DNA of 64,000 nucleotides from the human T2T-CHM13v2.0 reference genome, Homo sapiens: assembly GCF_009914755.1 (NCBI RefSeq), contig NC_060937.1; one strand, 5' to 3'. Below are positions 15,520 to 28,512 of this stretch, piece by piece. Positions within the stretch are counted from its first letter, which is position 1, and every line of letters begins with the position of its first letter. The notes beneath the pieces were generated by a model. The model worked only from the letters and a program-made list of their open reading frames with translations, did not search any database and had not been told where the DNA came from. Position numbers and translations under genes: made by a program.

Positions 15520-15910
15520 ACACATTTTTGCCACTTCTTTCTTGTTAACAAAATCCAAATTTTGTTTAGGTGTCTAACCACCACTGGCTTCAGGAGATGT
15601 GGAACGCAGCTCCAAATTAAGGGCGGAATTACAATTGTTCTAGTTCAATCACAGTAGTTCAGTTCTCCTTGGCAGTGAATGCAATAATGTGAAGATATTT
15701 TTAGTTTACATATGATGCCTGGTATTGCAGTAGTTCTCTTTGACCATGAGAAAGGTTATCTAGAAAGATAGAAAGCTAATGCCAAGAAGGGCAACTTGAA
15801 AGTACAGAAACTGCAACTTTAAAAAGAAGGTGAAGACATATATTAATCAAAATGAAACTTTCTGTTTTCCAGAATTTTGTTATTGCTCACACTAATTTCA
15901 TCTGGACTTT
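15520..15910 (+). mobile_element. Degenerate MLT1 (K/L-like) LTR
   Basis: cttgttaacaaaatccaaattttgtttagg, ttctccttggcagtga, gatgcctggtattgcagtag...tgaccatgag. Confidence 0.4.
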
Positions 15911-16284
15911 TGTTATTGAAGTGATCTCATTTTAAATATGATACAATGAAATGTGATGTTTTTATAATCATCCTGTGGCCACAAAGATATTATTTTAGCA
16001 CATAAAAACTCCTTGGTCTCAAATTTTATAAAAAGAAAAACAGTAACTTGTATTTAATAAATAGTGACCTATTTTTAAATATTCATAGATGATTGTACCA
16101 TATTTGCAATATAGAGATCTAATTAAAGACTATAAACTTTTATTTAAATAAGAATAGAAATCATTCTAATAAGGAAAGCTGACGTATTGCTTACTAATGT
16201 TTAATATGCAAATATAAACAAGCTATTCAATTGGGTAGTCATTAAAAATGTGTTTATTTAAATTTCTTTTTAAAGTGATTGATA

Positions 16285-16426
16285 AAAATAAAATTAAAAA
16301 TTAAGTTTCTCAGCCACGTTAGACACATTTCAAGTGTTCAGTGGCCAAATGTGGCTAGTATCCTTCATGTTACACAACACAGACAGAACATTTCCGTTAA
16401 TGTAAAAATTCTATTGAACTACACTG
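16285..16426. mobile_element. hAT-Charlie DNA transposon fragment (MER3/MER33-like)
   Basis: cacatttcaagtgttcagtggccaaatgtggctagt...gaacatttcc...ttctattgaactacactg. Confidence 0.65.
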
Positions 16427-16430
16427 ATCT

Positions 16431-16635
16431 AAAGGGTCAGCAAATTATGACTTATAGATTGCTGACTTTATAAATAAAATTTTAGTGAACACATGTCTGC
16501 CCACTCATTTATGTATTGTCTTATGGATGTTTTCACAATACATTGGCAGAACCAAGTAGTTGCAGCAGAGACCCTATGGTATGCAAAGCCTAAAATATTA
16601 ATAACTGGAATAGTTAAAATATTTACTGACCCATG
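16431..16635. mobile_element. MER58-like hAT-Charlie MITE
   Basis: Terminal inverted repeats agggtcagcaaat ... atttactgacccatg; internal cccactcatttatgtattgtc and gcaaagcctaaaatatt. Confidence 0.7.
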
Positions 16636-17944
16636 ATCTAAGCCACTGTCTAAACAGAAGAAACATAGATTAAATGTAATAATTATATGTAAACATTTTC
16701 TTAGAGAAAAGAGTGAAGCAAAATGATTTTTACTGTCCCAAAAGGACTAACAGATATAATGTTGATTTCAATCATGACATGTTTTTTTCTTCACCAATCT
16801 TCATAGTATTCAGGATAAAAATTAAAACTTCAGTGATCTTTAGAAGCTTATAAAATAAAAAAGATGAACTTAAAAGTATGAAAACATTACCTCAGGTTTC
16901 TATATGACTTTGGCATACTTCACAAACTCATTTGTTATGAATTTGTAGTTTTCATTTCTTCTAAGGGGATTCCTCTCATTATTTGTTCAAGAAATCATTT
17001 TTCATATTGTCAATCTTTAGCAATAATGCCAATCTAAAGGTAATCACTTCTTGCATCTGCTAAGTTTCTGTATATGTAGAATGTAAATTGACTTAGATAT
17101 ATAGCTTTATCATTGGGAGAAAACCACAAATCTCTCCTGTATCCAGAATAATCAGAAATGTTGCATAATCAGAAATGCTGATTAGAAGTAAAATTGACAT
17201 ACTCACAAATGAAGTATTTTAGAAATTCCTAAAATTACAAGAAATGTGATTTTTCAATCTCATGATTCTGACATCAAGTTTTGCTTAGAAGTTAATTTCA
17301 AGATCTGTTTAGTCACCAGTACATGCATGCAGAGTGGAACTGGAAAGAGCTGAATGTGATAGATGTATGAGAAGCATTATCATTTGCTTATTGCCACTTT
17401 AGATAACAGCGTGTACTGATTAAGAGCTTAGAGGTTTTTCAGACTTCCTTGTTTTGATTTTTCATTCCTACTGTTGTTACATACTAGCTGGGTAAACTAG
17501 AGCAATATATAATTTAGGGAAAATGATAGAATATTGTAGAAAACATAGAAAAATTGCAGTACTCAACTAAGAAAGATGTATATTTCTCAGTAACATAAAA
17601 TTATAGAATTGAGCAGTATTAAGCAGCCCTTATGGAAGGGCTTTTCCACAATACCAAGATCTTCTTGTTTTTTCATCCACGTATATATTGTACTACCCTT
17701 TGTAGTTAAACTGGATTTGATTAAGTCTGCATTCAACCTACAGTAAGGTTACATACAATCAAGGATCAGTAAACAATTTTCTTTGAGTAAATGACTCAGA
17801 AGTTGAGCACATTACTCATAATTACATTTTATTGATTAGAACCTAGTTAAATGGGCATAAAGCTATCTTCAAAGAAGGATTTGGGTTTTAATGTATACTT
17901 AAACAGATGTCCAGTTTGGAAAAATTTTATTGGGGAACTATTGT

Positions 17945-18135
17945 TTCAACATCGTGAATAATGTTACAATGAACATGGGAGTGTGGATATCTCTTTGATA
18001 TACCGATGTTATTTCCTTTGAATATATACCCAGAAATGGGATTGCTGGATCATAAGGTAGTTCTATTTTTTAATATTTTGAGGAATCTCCATACTATTTT
18101 CTATAGTGGCTGTATAAATTTGCACTGCCAACTGT
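17945..18135 (-). mobile_element. L1MA fragment paralogous to 19065-19221 plus 40406-40430
   Basis: tatacccagaaatgggattgctggatcataaggtagttctatt...ctccatactattttctatagtggctgta. Confidence 0.85.
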
Positions 18136-18429
18136 TCTTCAGATTTCTCATCTTTACATTATATATATTCATCAATTTGTTGTGACAAGTAAACATGTCA
18201 ACAGATGCAAAGACCTTAGAAAAGCACCTGATACACACTAAGACCTGATTAACTGCTTATAATATTTCTATTTATGTAATTTATTTTTTCTGTGAAAGGC
18301 TTCAGTACATAGAGTTGATAAATTTACTACTAATAATAGCTTTATTTGTTGTAATTGTGTCTATAAATTTTTATGAGGGTGAAAAAAGATCAATGAGGAA
18401 AAAATAATCTCGATTGATTAATTGATTGC

Positions 18430-19221
18430 TTTTTAACCACTCAATTGAGGTATATTAAACTATAAAATGATGTAAATATTTAATGTGTAAATCACCGTGA
18501 GTTTGGGATATACATACACTGGTGAAAACATCATCACCATCAAGGCCGTAAACATATTCATCACATGCTAAAGTTTTTTCTTACCCCTTGTTATTACTAT
18601 TACTGTTTTTGTTGTTGTTTTGCTTTGCTAAGAGCACTTAACACAAGAACTGATATATTAGCAAATATTAAGTACACAATACAGTATTGTTAGCTATGAG
18701 CACTATGCCGGGTAGTAGATCTCCAGAACTTATTTATGCTGCATAACTGAAACTTTGTATCCCTTAACCATTACTACCCCACCTCCCCACCCCTGCATCC
18801 TTGTGCCCATCCTTTGGCAACAACCGTTCTATTATGTGCTATGAGTTTGACTATTTTTGATTCTACATATAATTGAGATATTACAGTGCTGGTCTTTCTG
18901 TTACTGGCTCAGTTAATTAAACATAATGCTTTCTAGGTCTATCCATGTCATTGCAAATGGCAGGATTTTCTTTAAGGCTGAATGGAATTCCACTGTACGC
19001 ATATACCACAATATTTTTATTTATTCATCTATTGATAGACTTCTAGATTGTTTCCATATCTTGACTATTGTGAATAATGTTGCAGTGAACAGGGGAGTGT
19101 AGATAGCTCTTTTATTTATCGATTTTATTTCCTTTGAATGTATACCCAGAAGTGAGATTGCTGGATCATAAGGTAGTTCTATTGATTTTTTGTGGAACCT
19201 CCATACTATTTTCCATAGCAA
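18430..19221 (-). mobile_element. L1MA (L1MA9/10-like) 3' end; left piece of an ERV-split L1
   Basis: tagatctccagaacttattt...gcataactgaaactttgtatccc; ORF 19021-19251 gives L1 ORF2 C-terminus IELPYDPAISLLGI. Stops at ttccatagcaa and resumes at 40406 gtgactgtaccaatttacatt. Confidence 0.9.
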
Positions 19222-19526
19222 TAACACAGGATCCTTTTGGTAACACTGCACCAGCTAGAAATCTCCATGGCCAGCAGCACCTCTGCCCAGGCTTTGCTGG
19301 GCACCACTTCTGAGTAAGTTCATCTAACTGCCGTTTAAGATAAGTGACTGCTCTTACTGCTTCCGTTGACAGGATGTGTTATTGTGGGAAAATGGCAGTC
19401 AGATCTCTCTCAGAGGTCTATCTAAGGGTCCCCAGTAAAAGGTAGCCATCGTCCAAGGCTCCGTTTGCATGACCATTTGGAGTTTGTTAATCTCCAGGTG
19501 AGAAAAATCAAATTTTACAAGGAGGT

Positions 19527-19968
19527 TGTATTAGGATTCTATAAAGGGAACTAATAGGATATATATACATATAGTGGAGTTGATTAAAGAGTATTGACTC
19601 ACAGGATCACAAGGCAAGGTCCCACAATAGGCCATCTACAAGCTGAGGAGCAAGGAAGCCTGTCCAAGTCCCAAAGCTGAAGAACTTGGAGTCTGATGTT
19701 TGAGGGCAGGAAGCATCCAGCAGAGGAGAAAGATGAAAGCCAGAAGTCTAAATCAGTCTAGTCTTTCCACATTCTTCTGCCTGTTTTTATTCTGGCCACA
19801 CTGACAGCTGATTATATTGTGCCCACCCCGACTGAGGGTGGGTCTGCCTTTCCGAGTCCACTGACTCAAATGTTAATCTCCTTTGGCAACACCCTTACAG
19901 GCACACCCAGGAACAATAGTTTGCATCCTTCAATCCAATCAAGTTAACACTCAATATTAACCCTCACA
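19527..19968 (-). mobile_element. MLT2A (HERV-L) solo LTR
   Basis: tgtattag...gcatccttcaatccaatcaagttaacactcaatattaaccctcaca; TSD gaggt (19522-19526) and gagct (19969-19973). Confidence 0.9.
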
Positions 19969-20483
19969 GAGCTTAAATATTCATGCACCAAATATGTATA
20001 TTATACAAAGAGGAGCTAAAAGGGAAAAATCTAGTGCTAAAGATAAGAGAAATAAGAAGTAAACAGACTAATCATTCTGAAAACAATATTGTGGCCAGAG
20101 TTGTTTCACTCTGGGGAAAGAAACTAAATCTCGTATGGGGCCAGTTAAACTAGAAGAGAGAATACTGTTTAGGTGAGTAAAAAAAAATCCCTGTGGGAGT
20201 TCAGGATTAAGGGTTCCTTGACAAAGATACCTTATGGTGAGGAATGAAATGAAGGTGAGAACCACAAGCATAAGCAGGAATAAAGAAGATATCTATGGGA
20301 AGTTCATTATTGACACTTATCTTTTGTGATCTTTAGCCTGAGGTCTCCAATTTCTTCAGAAGAGCTTTGGGTGCTCTTCTGAGGTAATTCTGTCAGTTCC
20401 CCAGGCCTTTGCTAGAGTACAATGAATCCAAGAGCCTATTCCAGTGACCTTCACTGCCAAAGGGGTAGAAAGAAGTACAACGT

Positions 20484-20780
20484 GCCTGGGTGCCTTGGCT
20501 CATGCCTGTAATTCCAACACTTTGGAAGGCCGAGACAGGTGGATCAGTCAAGAGTTTGAGACCAGCCTGGCCAATACGGTGAAACTCCGTCTCTGCTGAA
20601 AATACAAAAGTTAGCTGGGCGTGGTGGTGCATGCCTCTAATTGCCACTACTCAGGAGGCTGAGGAACAAGAATCATTTGAACCTGGGAGACAGAGGTTAC
20701 AGTAAGCCAAGATCATGCCACTGCACTCCAGCCTGGGCGACCGAGTGAGACTGTCTCAAAAAAAAAAAAAAAAAAAAAAA
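20484..20780 (+). mobile_element. Alu (AluS-like)
   Basis: Alu dimer with poly-A; diverged TSD aaagaagtacaacgt / aaagaagttcgatgt. Confidence 0.95.
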
Positions 20781-22370
20781 GAAGTTCGATGTAAGATCCC
20801 TCCCACACCAGGTCTAAAGTGGGAGAAAGAGAAGGAAGAGCCTTTACCTGCACTAAGTCCCCTGGGTTGAATAGAGGTGGTGGTGGCCTAGTTCATGGGT
20901 TTGGGTCTCCTACAGTTGCTTCAGTTTGTGTTGGAAATGGGCCAAAGTAAATACATGTTTAATCATATCAGAAGTTTCTTGGCCTAGCAAGAAATCACTG
21001 ATAAGAAAAGGCCATCCATGTATCATTTTGAAGGCACCTAAACCCAGGTTCAAAGGGGTGTTTCTAACAAGTCGTAGGGTTATGGGGAGAAGAGTAATCC
21101 AGGAGAGAGAAGTCTCTTGAGACTGTTTTCTGAGGTGCCTTTTGATAATATCACTTGTCTTTTCTACCTTTCCCAAGGATTGTGGTCTCCAAATGCAATG
21201 AACATGGTATTGTATGCCTAGTGTCCCTGAGACCCTCTGGGTGACAGCCATCTTGAACAAGGGGCCATTATCACTCTGGAGGTATTTAGAAAGTCCAAAG
21301 CAAGGAATGATCTCATTAATTAGTACTTTTATCACCTCAGAGGTTTTCTTTGTCTAACATGAAAATGCTTCTACCCAGTTATTGAAGGTATCTACTCATA
21401 TCAGGAGACACTGGATGCTGCTTTTCTTTGGCTTTACGGGTAAATTTATCTGCCAGTGGGTAAATTTATCTGCCAGTCTTCCCCCAAGTAGCCTCCTGTT
21501 CTTTGGGAGTCTGCAGGGAAGAGCCATTGATTGAGGGGATTATTTTTAAGGCAAGTCTCACAAGCATTAATGACCTATTTGACTATTGGTAGCAGATTTT
21601 TACCTGAGAACAACCACTGGGGCGATTGATAGGTTCTATCCTTATCTAGGTGGAAGGCTTGGAGAAGGATATTAAGAACTTTCCATTGGCTGGAAGCTGT
21701 TAGGTGAAGTTTGCCATCTTCTTATTGTAGCGATCCTGAGGACTGAAAGGTGTATCCCTGAGAGGTGGCCCATTCTACTTATGCAGGAGAATATTGAGGT
21801 TTTATTTCTCTTATGGAGCCCTCCCAGATCAGAGGGGTCTCTAGTAGATAAGAAATCTGGGACCTTCTTACTGCCAATTTACCTGCTTAGTCAGCCAACT
21901 TTTTACCCTCGGTTATTTCATCCATCCCCTTTTAGTGGCCTTTACAAGGTATTACTGCCACTTCCCATGAAAGAAGAACTGAGGATAATAATCTTAATTT
22001 CCTGATGGTATTTAAGGGGAGAACCATTAGCTGTGAGGAAGTTCCTCTCTTTCTAGATTGTGGCATGAGCCTGAAGGACTAGGAAAACATACTTAGAATC
22101 AGTATAAATGTCAACTGCTTTCCGTTTGCTTAATTCAAACACCCTCATAAGGGCTATTATCTCAGCTAGTTGAGCACTTGTGCCCAAGGAGAGAGGCACA
22201 CTCTCAATAATATCATTCATATTCTTGTATACCCTACTTTATGGATCCCTTGTTCTACAAAATAACTTCTGTCCATAAAGAGAGTCCAGTCTGTGTTCTA
22301 TAAGTAGTTTCTTTGAAGTCCTCTCTGGCTCCATAGGTTTGCACTACTATCTGTATGCAGTCATGTTTAA

Positions 22371-22738
<368 letters not shown>

Positions 22739-23298
22739 GGAAGGGTCAGGTTCTTAACTGGACTGCAGATCTAATAGCAGAGCTCAATATTAGAGGCAGC
22801 AGTTGTCCATTATCCAGAGACTCCCCTTAGAAGACACCAGTCCTGCCACATTATGTGGGGTATAAATGGTTAAGTTATCCCCCTTGGTTAACTTAGTAGC
22901 CTCTGGCACCAGCAAAGATACTGCTGTAACTGCCTGTAGACAGGCTGGCCATCTTTTAGCTACCATATCAAGCTCCTTGCTTAGGTAGCCTGCAGGCTGC
23001 TTGGCTGAACCTCAAGTCATTCCCTTCCTTTCTGATACATAAAGTTTGAATGTCTTACCTATGAGAAGACAAAGGGCGGTGCCTCAAGCAAGACTTGTTT
23101 CAATTGGTCAAATGCCCTTTTAGCCTCTGGTTTCCAAATTAAGAAGTGAGTCTTAGTTGACTGAGTTTCCTCTATTAGGTTATATAAGGGACAAGCTATC
23201 TTACCATGCCCAGGTATCCATAATCTGAGAATCCTGTAATACCCAAGAATCCCCTCATTTATTTGAGGGTTTGTGGGAGGGGAAAGTAGGAGATGGCC

Positions 23299-25545
23299 CA
23301 ATAGGGTTTGGCTGTGTCCCCACTCAAATCTCAACTTTTATTGAATGTCCCAGGATTCCCATGTGTTTTGGGAGGGACCTAGAGGTAGGTATTTGTATCA
23401 TGGGGGCCAGTCTTTCCTGTGCTATTCTTGTGATAGTGAATAAGTCTCACTAGAATTGACGGGTTTATGAGGGGTTTCCGCTTTTGCTTCCTCCTCATTA
23501 TGTTCTCTTGCTGCCACCATATAAAACATGCCTTTTGCCTCCCACTATGATTCTGAGGCCTCTGCAGCCATGTGGAAGTGTAAGTCTAATTAAAAAACTT
23601 GTTCATCCCAGTCTTGGGTTTGTCTTTATCAGCAGCTTGAAAACAGACTAATACAGTAAATTGGTGCCAGTAAAGTAGGGCATTGCTGAAAAGATACCTG
23701 AACAAGTAGAAGTGAATTTGGAACTGGGTAATAGGGAGAGGTTGAAACAGTTTGCAGGGCTCAGAAGAAGACAGGAAAATATAAGAAAGTTTGGAACTTC
23801 CTAGAGATTTGTTGAATGGCTTTGATCAAAATGCTGATAGCAATATGGACAATAAGGTCAAGACTGAGGTGGTCTCAGATGGAGATGAGGAGCTTCTTGG
23901 GAACTGGAGTAAAGGTGGCTCTTTTGTTTTAGCAAAGAGACTGGTGACATTTTGCCCCTGCCCTAGAGATTTGTGGAACTTTGAACTTGAAAAAGATGAG
24001 TAAGGTTATTTGGCAGAAGATATTTCTAAATAAAAAAGCATTTAAGAGGTAACTTGGGTACTGTTAAAGGCATTCAGTTTTACAAGGGAAGCAGAGTATA
24101 AAAGTTTGGAAAAATTGCAGCATGACTATGCAATAGAAAAGAAAAACCCATTTTCTGGGGAGAAATTCAAGCCAGCTGCAGAAATTTGCATAAGTAGCAA
24201 GGAGCCTAATGTTAATCCCCACGACCATGGGGAAAACGTCTCCAGGCCATGTCAGAGACCTTCACAGCAGCCCTTCCCATCACAGTCCTGGAGGGCCAGA
24301 AGGAAAAAGTTGTTTGCTGGGCCAGGCCAAGGGTCCATGTGTTGTGTGCAGCCTAGGGACTTGGTGCCCTTATCCCAGCTGCTCCAGGTGTTGCTGAAAG
24401 GGGCCAAGGTACAGCTCAGGCCGTGGCTTCAGAGAGTGGAAGCCCCAAGCCTTGGCAGCTTCCACATGGTGTTGAGCCTGTGGGTACACAGAAGTCAAGA
24501 ACTGAGGTTTGGGAATCTCCATGTAGATTTCAGAAGATGTATGAAAATACCTGGATGCCCAGGCAAAAGTTTTCTGCAGGGGCAGGGCCCTCATGGAGAA
24601 CCTCTGCTGCGGCAGCGAAGAAGGGAAGTTTGGGATCGGAGCCCCCACACAAAGTCCGTACTGGGGCATTGCCTAGTAGGGCTGTGAGAAAAGGGCCTCA
24701 ATCCTCCAGACCCCAGAATCGTAGATCCACCAGTAGCTTGCACCGTGCACCTGGAAAAGCCACAGACACTCAACATCAGCTATAAAAGCAGCTGGGAGGG
24801 AGGCCGTACCCTGCAAAGCCGCAGGGGAAATGCTGCTCAAGACCATGGGAACACACCTCTTGCATCAGCATGACCTGGATATGAGACCTGGAGTCAAAGG
24901 AGATAATTTTGGAGTTTAAAATTTGACTGCCCCACTGGATTTAAGACTTGCATGGGCCCCGTAATCCCTCTGTTTTGGCCAATTTCTCCCATTTGGAATG
25001 GGAAGTAACTAGCTCGCTTTTGATTTTACAGGCTCATAGGTAGAAGAGACTTGCCTTGTCTCAGATTAGACTTTGGACTGTGGACTTTTGGGTTAATGCG
25101 GAAATGAGTTAAGACTTTGGAGGACTGTTGGGAAGGCATGATTGGTTTTGAAATGTGAGGACATGAGATTTGGATAAGCCAGGGCAGAATGATATGGTTT
25201 GGCTATGTCCTCACTCAAATCTCAACTTGAATTGTATCTCCCAGAACTTCCATGTATTGTTGGAGGGACCCATGGGGAGGAAATTGAATTATGTGGGCCG
25301 GCCTCTGCTGTGATAGTAAATCTCATGATAGTAAATCTCATGAGACTTGATGGTTTTATCAGGGGTTTCTGCTTTTACTTTCTCCTCATTTTTTTATCTT
25401 GCCACCACCATGTAAGAAGTGCCTTTCATCTCCCACCATGAGTCAGAGGCTCCCCAGCCATGTGGAACAGTAAGTCCAATTAAACCTCCTTTTCTTCCCA
25501 GATACAGATATGTCTTTATTGGCAGCATGAAAATGGACTAATAGA
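23299..25545 (+). mobile_element. Full-length THE1 (THE1A-like) MaLR: LTR 23299-23655, internal region, LTR 25190-25545
   Basis: Both LTRs start (tg/ca)ata..gtttggct and end gactaata(c/g)a; THE1-int motifs such as gaggtggtctcagatggagatgagga; TSD tggcc at 23294-23298 and 25546-25550. Confidence 0.95.
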
Positions 25546-25787
25546 TGGCCTTAATATTTTCTTTGCCTAGTGCCCTGGTCCCCTCTGACAAGACTAGATC
25601 TAGGTACTTCACTGAAGTCTGATGGAGCTGAGTCTTAGATTTTGAGATGTTATATCCTGTGTTAGCCAGAAAATTAAGAGCCTCTTGAGAGTTTTCCTCA
25701 ACTGGGGAACAAAGGATAATTATGTCTACATATTGTAAAACTTTAATCTGAGGATAAAGGAACTCAGAGGGATCTTTTGTGGGTGGC

Positions 25788-26096
25788 TTTTTTTTTTTTT
25801 TTTTTTTTTTTTTTGAGATGAGGGCTCATGGTGTCGTCCAGGCTAGAGTGCAGTGACATGATTTTTGGCTCATTGCTACCTCTGCCTCCTGGGTTCAAGC
25901 AATTCTTGTGCCTCAGCTTCCTGAGTAGCTGGGACTACAGGCACACAGCACCATGCCCAGCTAATTTTTGTATTATTAGTAGACACTGGGTTTCACTATG
26001 TTGACCAGGCTGGTCTCAAACTCCTGACCTCAAGACTTCCACCCATCTCAGCCTTGCAAAGTGCTGGAATTACAAGGGTCAGCCACTGCACCAGCC
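25788..26096 (-). mobile_element. Alu (AluS-like)
   Basis: Poly-T followed by Alu reverse complement; diverged TSD tcagagggatcttttg (25764-25779) / tcaaagagatcttttg (26097-26112). Confidence 0.93.
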
Positions 26097-26600
26097 TCAA
26101 AGAGATCTTTTGACAAATGCCAGCTCAAATAGGTGGGAGTTATCTCAGAATCCCTGAGGTAAAACCATCTAGGTTAGCTGGGTGGTCTGAGTGGAGGGAT
26201 CCTTGAATGCAAACAAATATTTGGAGTCTGCAAGTAGTAGTATGCAGAAAAAAAGGGCATTCTTTTGGTTGAGGACTATAAATCATTTAGTTCCCTTAGG
26301 TATTTGAGTTAGCTAGATACACGGGTTGGGAACCACCAGATGAATTGGAATCATAGCCTCACTAATGAGGTGGAGATCCTGGACCAGTTTCCATTCCATG
26401 TTGAGCTTCTGTATCCCCAATATTAGGGTATTACAAGGGCTGTTGTAGGGTTTGAGGAGGCCCTGCATCCTCAAGTTATCAATGACAGCTTCCAGTACTT
26501 TCCTAGCTTCCGGTTTTAGGAGATATTATCTCTGGTTAGGGAAAGTGGGATCCTTAAGGTAGATCCGAATTGGTATGGTGGCCGAGGCTCAGTCAGTTTT

Positions 26601-27005
26601 TCATTGACTTACCCAAACTTCTGGATTAATATCGGTCCCAACCATGAGGAGACAGAGAGTCTGTCCAGGAGCCATAAGAATAGTGATTCCCATATGAGCT
26701 AAAATGTCCCTTCTTAGCAGAGAAGTTGGGCTTTCAGGCATGATTAAAACAGGATGAGTAAGCAAGAGGTCTCCCCAACTATGACTAAGGGATTGGTAAA
26801 AATGTTGGGCTAAAGGCTTTCCTGACACATCTATCACTGTCATACTAGGGGGAGTGGGGAAGTCTGGATTGAAGACGAAAACAGAAATAGCTGTTCTGGT
26901 ATCCAGGAGGAAGTCTACTTTCCTCCCTCTGACCTCCAGAATCACCTGGGCCTCCTGGAGGGTAATGGAAGTCTGAGCCATTATTGCTGGGGAGAGGAGC
27001 CCCAA
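26601..27005 (-). pseudogene. pro: Outer ERV protease remnant
   Basis: ILEVRGRKVDFLLDTRTAISV (catalytic DTG changed to DTR) and MPESPTSLLRRDILAHM. Confidence 0.85.
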
Positions 27006-28512
27006 GAGCCCTGGGTCCTGCTGGACCACCTGGGATACTGCTCCTTGACTCAGTGACCTGCATCTCCAGGGACAGTTGCCCTCCTGTGGTCCCCTCCACA
27101 GAGTGGACTGGATTGAAGTGACTTCCTCTTGCTGCTTGGGCTGTCCTTATTGTGCCCTGGCTTGCTATATTTGTAGCAGTTAACAGGTGCATCTCAAAAG
27201 TTCTGGGGTCTGCGACGTGGCCATCAAAGCCTGTGTCTTTTTCTTGTGTCTCCCCTCTCTCTCTCAAGCCTCCTCCAAATCCTTATCATAGAAGACTGAG
27301 GTGACCACTTTCAGGACTTCTACAAAGTACTATCTTGTCCCATGGCCTGTTTCTGCAGCTTCCTCCTGGTATCAGGGGATGCCTGAGTAATAAACATATC
27401 CTTTAAGATTAGTTGTCCCTCAACTGAATCAAGATATACAGAGTTGTGCTTTACTAAGGTCCTTCTTAATCTTTCCACGAAGGCAGTGGGATTCTCATCT
27501 AATCCCTGGTCTATCATGGATGGTTTGGAGTAATTGAGAGGCTTAGTTTTAGTCCTTTGTAAGCCCTTGAACACGCACATCTGAAAGTGTTTCCTATTTT
27601 ATTCTCCCATTTCATCGAGATCCCATTTATGGTCCTCCAATGGTATTGCTATTCTTCCGGTTGGATATGGCTCATCTCCTTTCCTGGCACTATATGAAAT
27701 CCAAATCTTAACCCCAAAACTATCTGCCATGAGCAGGACAGCCTACTTCTCAGCAGCAGGGTTTGATTCAAAAGTAACATAACATCCTTCCAGAAGAGTT
27801 CAAATACTTGAATTAAATTCTGGAAAGTCTCTATATGCAAGTGAGGGTCATCTGAAAACTTGCCAAGACCCCCCTTAATTTGCCTTAAGTCTTGTATAGA
27901 CAAGGGGACCTGGACTTTAATGGGGACATATTAACTAGACATCTCTTGTATCGGCAGGAGTGAGACTGAGCCCTGCCTAAAATGAGGATTTCTAGGATGG
28001 GGCAAGTTTGAGAGAGAACCTGGATAGGGAGGACAAGGTGGACCAGGAGGTGCAGGACTGGAGGGAGCTGGATCCCCATCAGAGGTAGCTGATTCCCCCA
28101 CTAGAGATAGCTGACTCCCCCACTGGAGATATCTCTGGGGTTTGCTTTCCTAGTCCCATGGGATTGCCTATGTAGCCTTTCCTGAGATGGTCCCTAGGAG
28201 GGCTGAATCAATCCTACAACATAGGCAAAGTTCTTGATTACTCTGCAAGTCAAAGAAAGCCTGCACATATGGGTACCTCGGACCATTTGCCCTCATGCCA
28301 TCGTTTACAGAAAACATCCAGCTGCAGGATAGTATTGAATTTAATTCTTCATTCCTGAGGCCAAGCTTGTTATTCTTGCAAATCATAATTTGGCCAAACC
28401 ATTGTGCCAAGTAGTATGAGACATTTTTCTCTAGAGTCTGTAGGTCAAAAGAGTCCCAGTGATTCAGGATAAACTCAAGAGGAGTGCAGGCTGAAGAAGG
28501 TTTGCTATTCAT
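27006..28512 (-). pseudogene. gag: Outer ERV gag remnant (HERV-W/HERV9/HUERS-P-like)
   Basis: MNSKPSSACTPLEFILNHWDSFDLQTLEK (MA); DLRQIKGGLGKFSDDP and PLNYSKPSMIDQGLDENPTAFVERL (CA); degenerate zinc knuckles; frameshifted. Confidence 0.88.

Noticed and set aside
24106-24785. Long overlapping ORFs (193 aa, 120 aa) and their homologues at 51315-51799
   Set aside because: Fragments of the THE1 internal region, with stops and frameshifts; no intact MaLR ORF.
28081-28130. 22-bp tandem repeat in the outer gag
   Set aside because: Ordinary slippage in the proline-rich p12-like region.
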